From Eledone cirrhosa (taxonomy: Eukaryota): a stretch of DNA of 64,000 nucleotides. A program made the translations under genes and the position numbers. The notes beneath the pieces were generated by a model. It worked only from the letters and a program-made list of their open reading frames with translations, was not told the origin of the DNA and did no database searches. This document shows positions 62,601 through 64,000 of the stretch, in pieces; the first letter of the stretch is position 1; each line of letters begins with the position of its first letter. The stretch spans positions 32,488,001-32,552,000 of the forward strand of contig OZ024760.1 in NCBI GenBank assembly GCA_964016885.1. The letters run 5' to 3'.

Positions 62601-64000
62601 CAGTGGTTGTGTAGGTCTCAAGAGAGAAAGCAACCAGTCCACCCTGTACAGTGGGTGTGTAGGTGTCAAGACAGAAAGCACCCAGTCCTCCATGTACAGT
62701 GGTTGTGTAGGTCTCAAGACAGAAAGCACCCAGTCCACACTGTACAGTGCTTGTGTAGGTCTCAAGACAGAGAGCACACAGTCCACACTGTACAGTGGTT
62801 GTGTAGGTCTCAAGACAGAAAGCACCCAGTAGTCCCTGTACAGTGGTTGTGTAGGTCTCAAGACAGAAAGCACCCAGTCCACCCTGTACAGTGGTTGTGC
62901 AGGTCTCAAGACAGAAATCACCCAGTCCACCCTGTACAGTGGTTGTGCAGGTCTCAAGTCAGAAAGCACCCAGTCCACCCTGTACAGTGGTTGTGCAGGT
63001 CTCAAGACAGAAAGCACCCGGTCCACACTGAACAGTGGTTGTGTAGGTCTCAAGACAGAAATCACCCAGTCCACCCTGTACAGTGGTTGTGCAGGTCTCA
63101 AGACAGAAAGCACACAGTCCACACTGTACAGTGGTTGTGTAGGTCTCAAGACAGAAAGCACCCAGTCCACACTGTACAGTGGTTGTGTAGGTCTCAAGAC
63201 AGAAAGCACCCAGTCCTCCCTGTACAGTGGTTGTGTAGGTCTCAAGACAGAAAGCACCCAGTCCACCCTGTACAGTGGTTGTGTAGGTCTCAAGACAGAA
63301 AGCACCCAGTCCACCCTGTACAGTGGTTGTGTAGGTCTCAAGACAGAAAGCACCCAGTCCACCCTGTACAGTGGTTGTGTAGGTCTCAAGACAGAAAGCA
63401 CCCGGTCCACACTGTACAGTGATTGTGTAGGTCTCAAGACAGAAAGCATCCGGTACTCACTGTACAGTGGTTGTGTAGGTCTCAAGACAGAAAGCCCCCA
63501 GTCCACACTGTACAGTGGTTGTGTAGGTCTCAAGACAGAAACAGACAGTCCACCCTGTACAGTGGTTGTGTAGGTCTCAAGACAGAAATCACCCAGTCCA
63601 CCCTGTACAGTGGTTGTGTAGGTCTCAAGACAGAAAGCACCCAGTCCACCCTGTACAGTGGTTGTGTAGCTCTCAAGACAGAAAGCACCCAGTCCACCCT
63701 GTACAGTGGTTGTGTAGGTCTCAAGACAGAAAGCACCCAGTCCATCCTGTACAGTGGTTGTGTAGGTCTCAAGACAGAAAGCACCCAGTCCACCCTGTAG
63801 AGTGGCTGTGTAGGTCTCAAGACAGAAAGCACGCAGTCCACCATGTACAGTGTTTGTGTAGGTCTCAAGACAGAAAGCACCCAGTCCACCCTGTACAGTG
63901 GTTGTGTAGGTCTCAAGACAGAAAGCACACAGTGCACACTGTACAGTGGTTGTGTAGGTCTCAAGACAGAAAGCACCCAGTCCACACTGTACAGTGGTTG
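47688..64000. repeat. 48-bp satellite (gtacagtggttgtgtaggtctcaagacagaaagcacccagtccaccct), ~340 copies, runs off the window end
   Basis: Continuous tandem array; the unit is homologous to the RTE 3' UTR dimer. Confidence 0.98.

Noticed and set aside
47553-63985. Very long ORFs (up to 1313 aa) on both strands
   Set aside because: Artefact of a 48-bp (16-codon) unit that lacks stops in several frames; open on both strands with indel frame switches; the unit derives from a LINE UTR.

Overview
Repeat-rich animal genomic DNA, most likely an octopod cephalopod (inferred from the SINE types and dense (TA)n/(CA)n tracts). One host gene can be reconstructed on the + strand: an SSX2IP/ADIP (afadin- and alpha-actinin-binding protein) homolog with 13 phase-consistent GT-AG coding exons (15601-42650, about 693 aa). 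Mobile elements comprise a degenerate Penelope-like element (PLE, probably Hydra clade; 1-2822), a near full-length frameshifted RTE LINE (18217-21469), an intact-ORF Neptune-type PLE with inverted pseudo-LTRs inside an intron (36676-41063), tRNA-derived SINEs, mariner-type MITEs and several RTE fragments. Almost all long ORFs in the track are repeat artefacts. Four observations stand out. (1) About ten hammerhead-ribozyme motifs of several sequence types can be read by eye, mostly in small fold-back elements beside (TA)n tracts. (2) The exon-2 splice acceptor of SSX2IP is amplified into a ~23-copy minisatellite with about 9 in-frame alternative acceptors, and the exon-9 donor is also tandemly duplicated. 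(3) The >16 kb 48-bp satellite at the window end derives from a dimer in the RTE LINE 3' UTR, with 2-copy, ~8-copy and ~340-copy stages all visible. (4) A 40-bp intronic minisatellite appears to be seeded at a MITE terminus.
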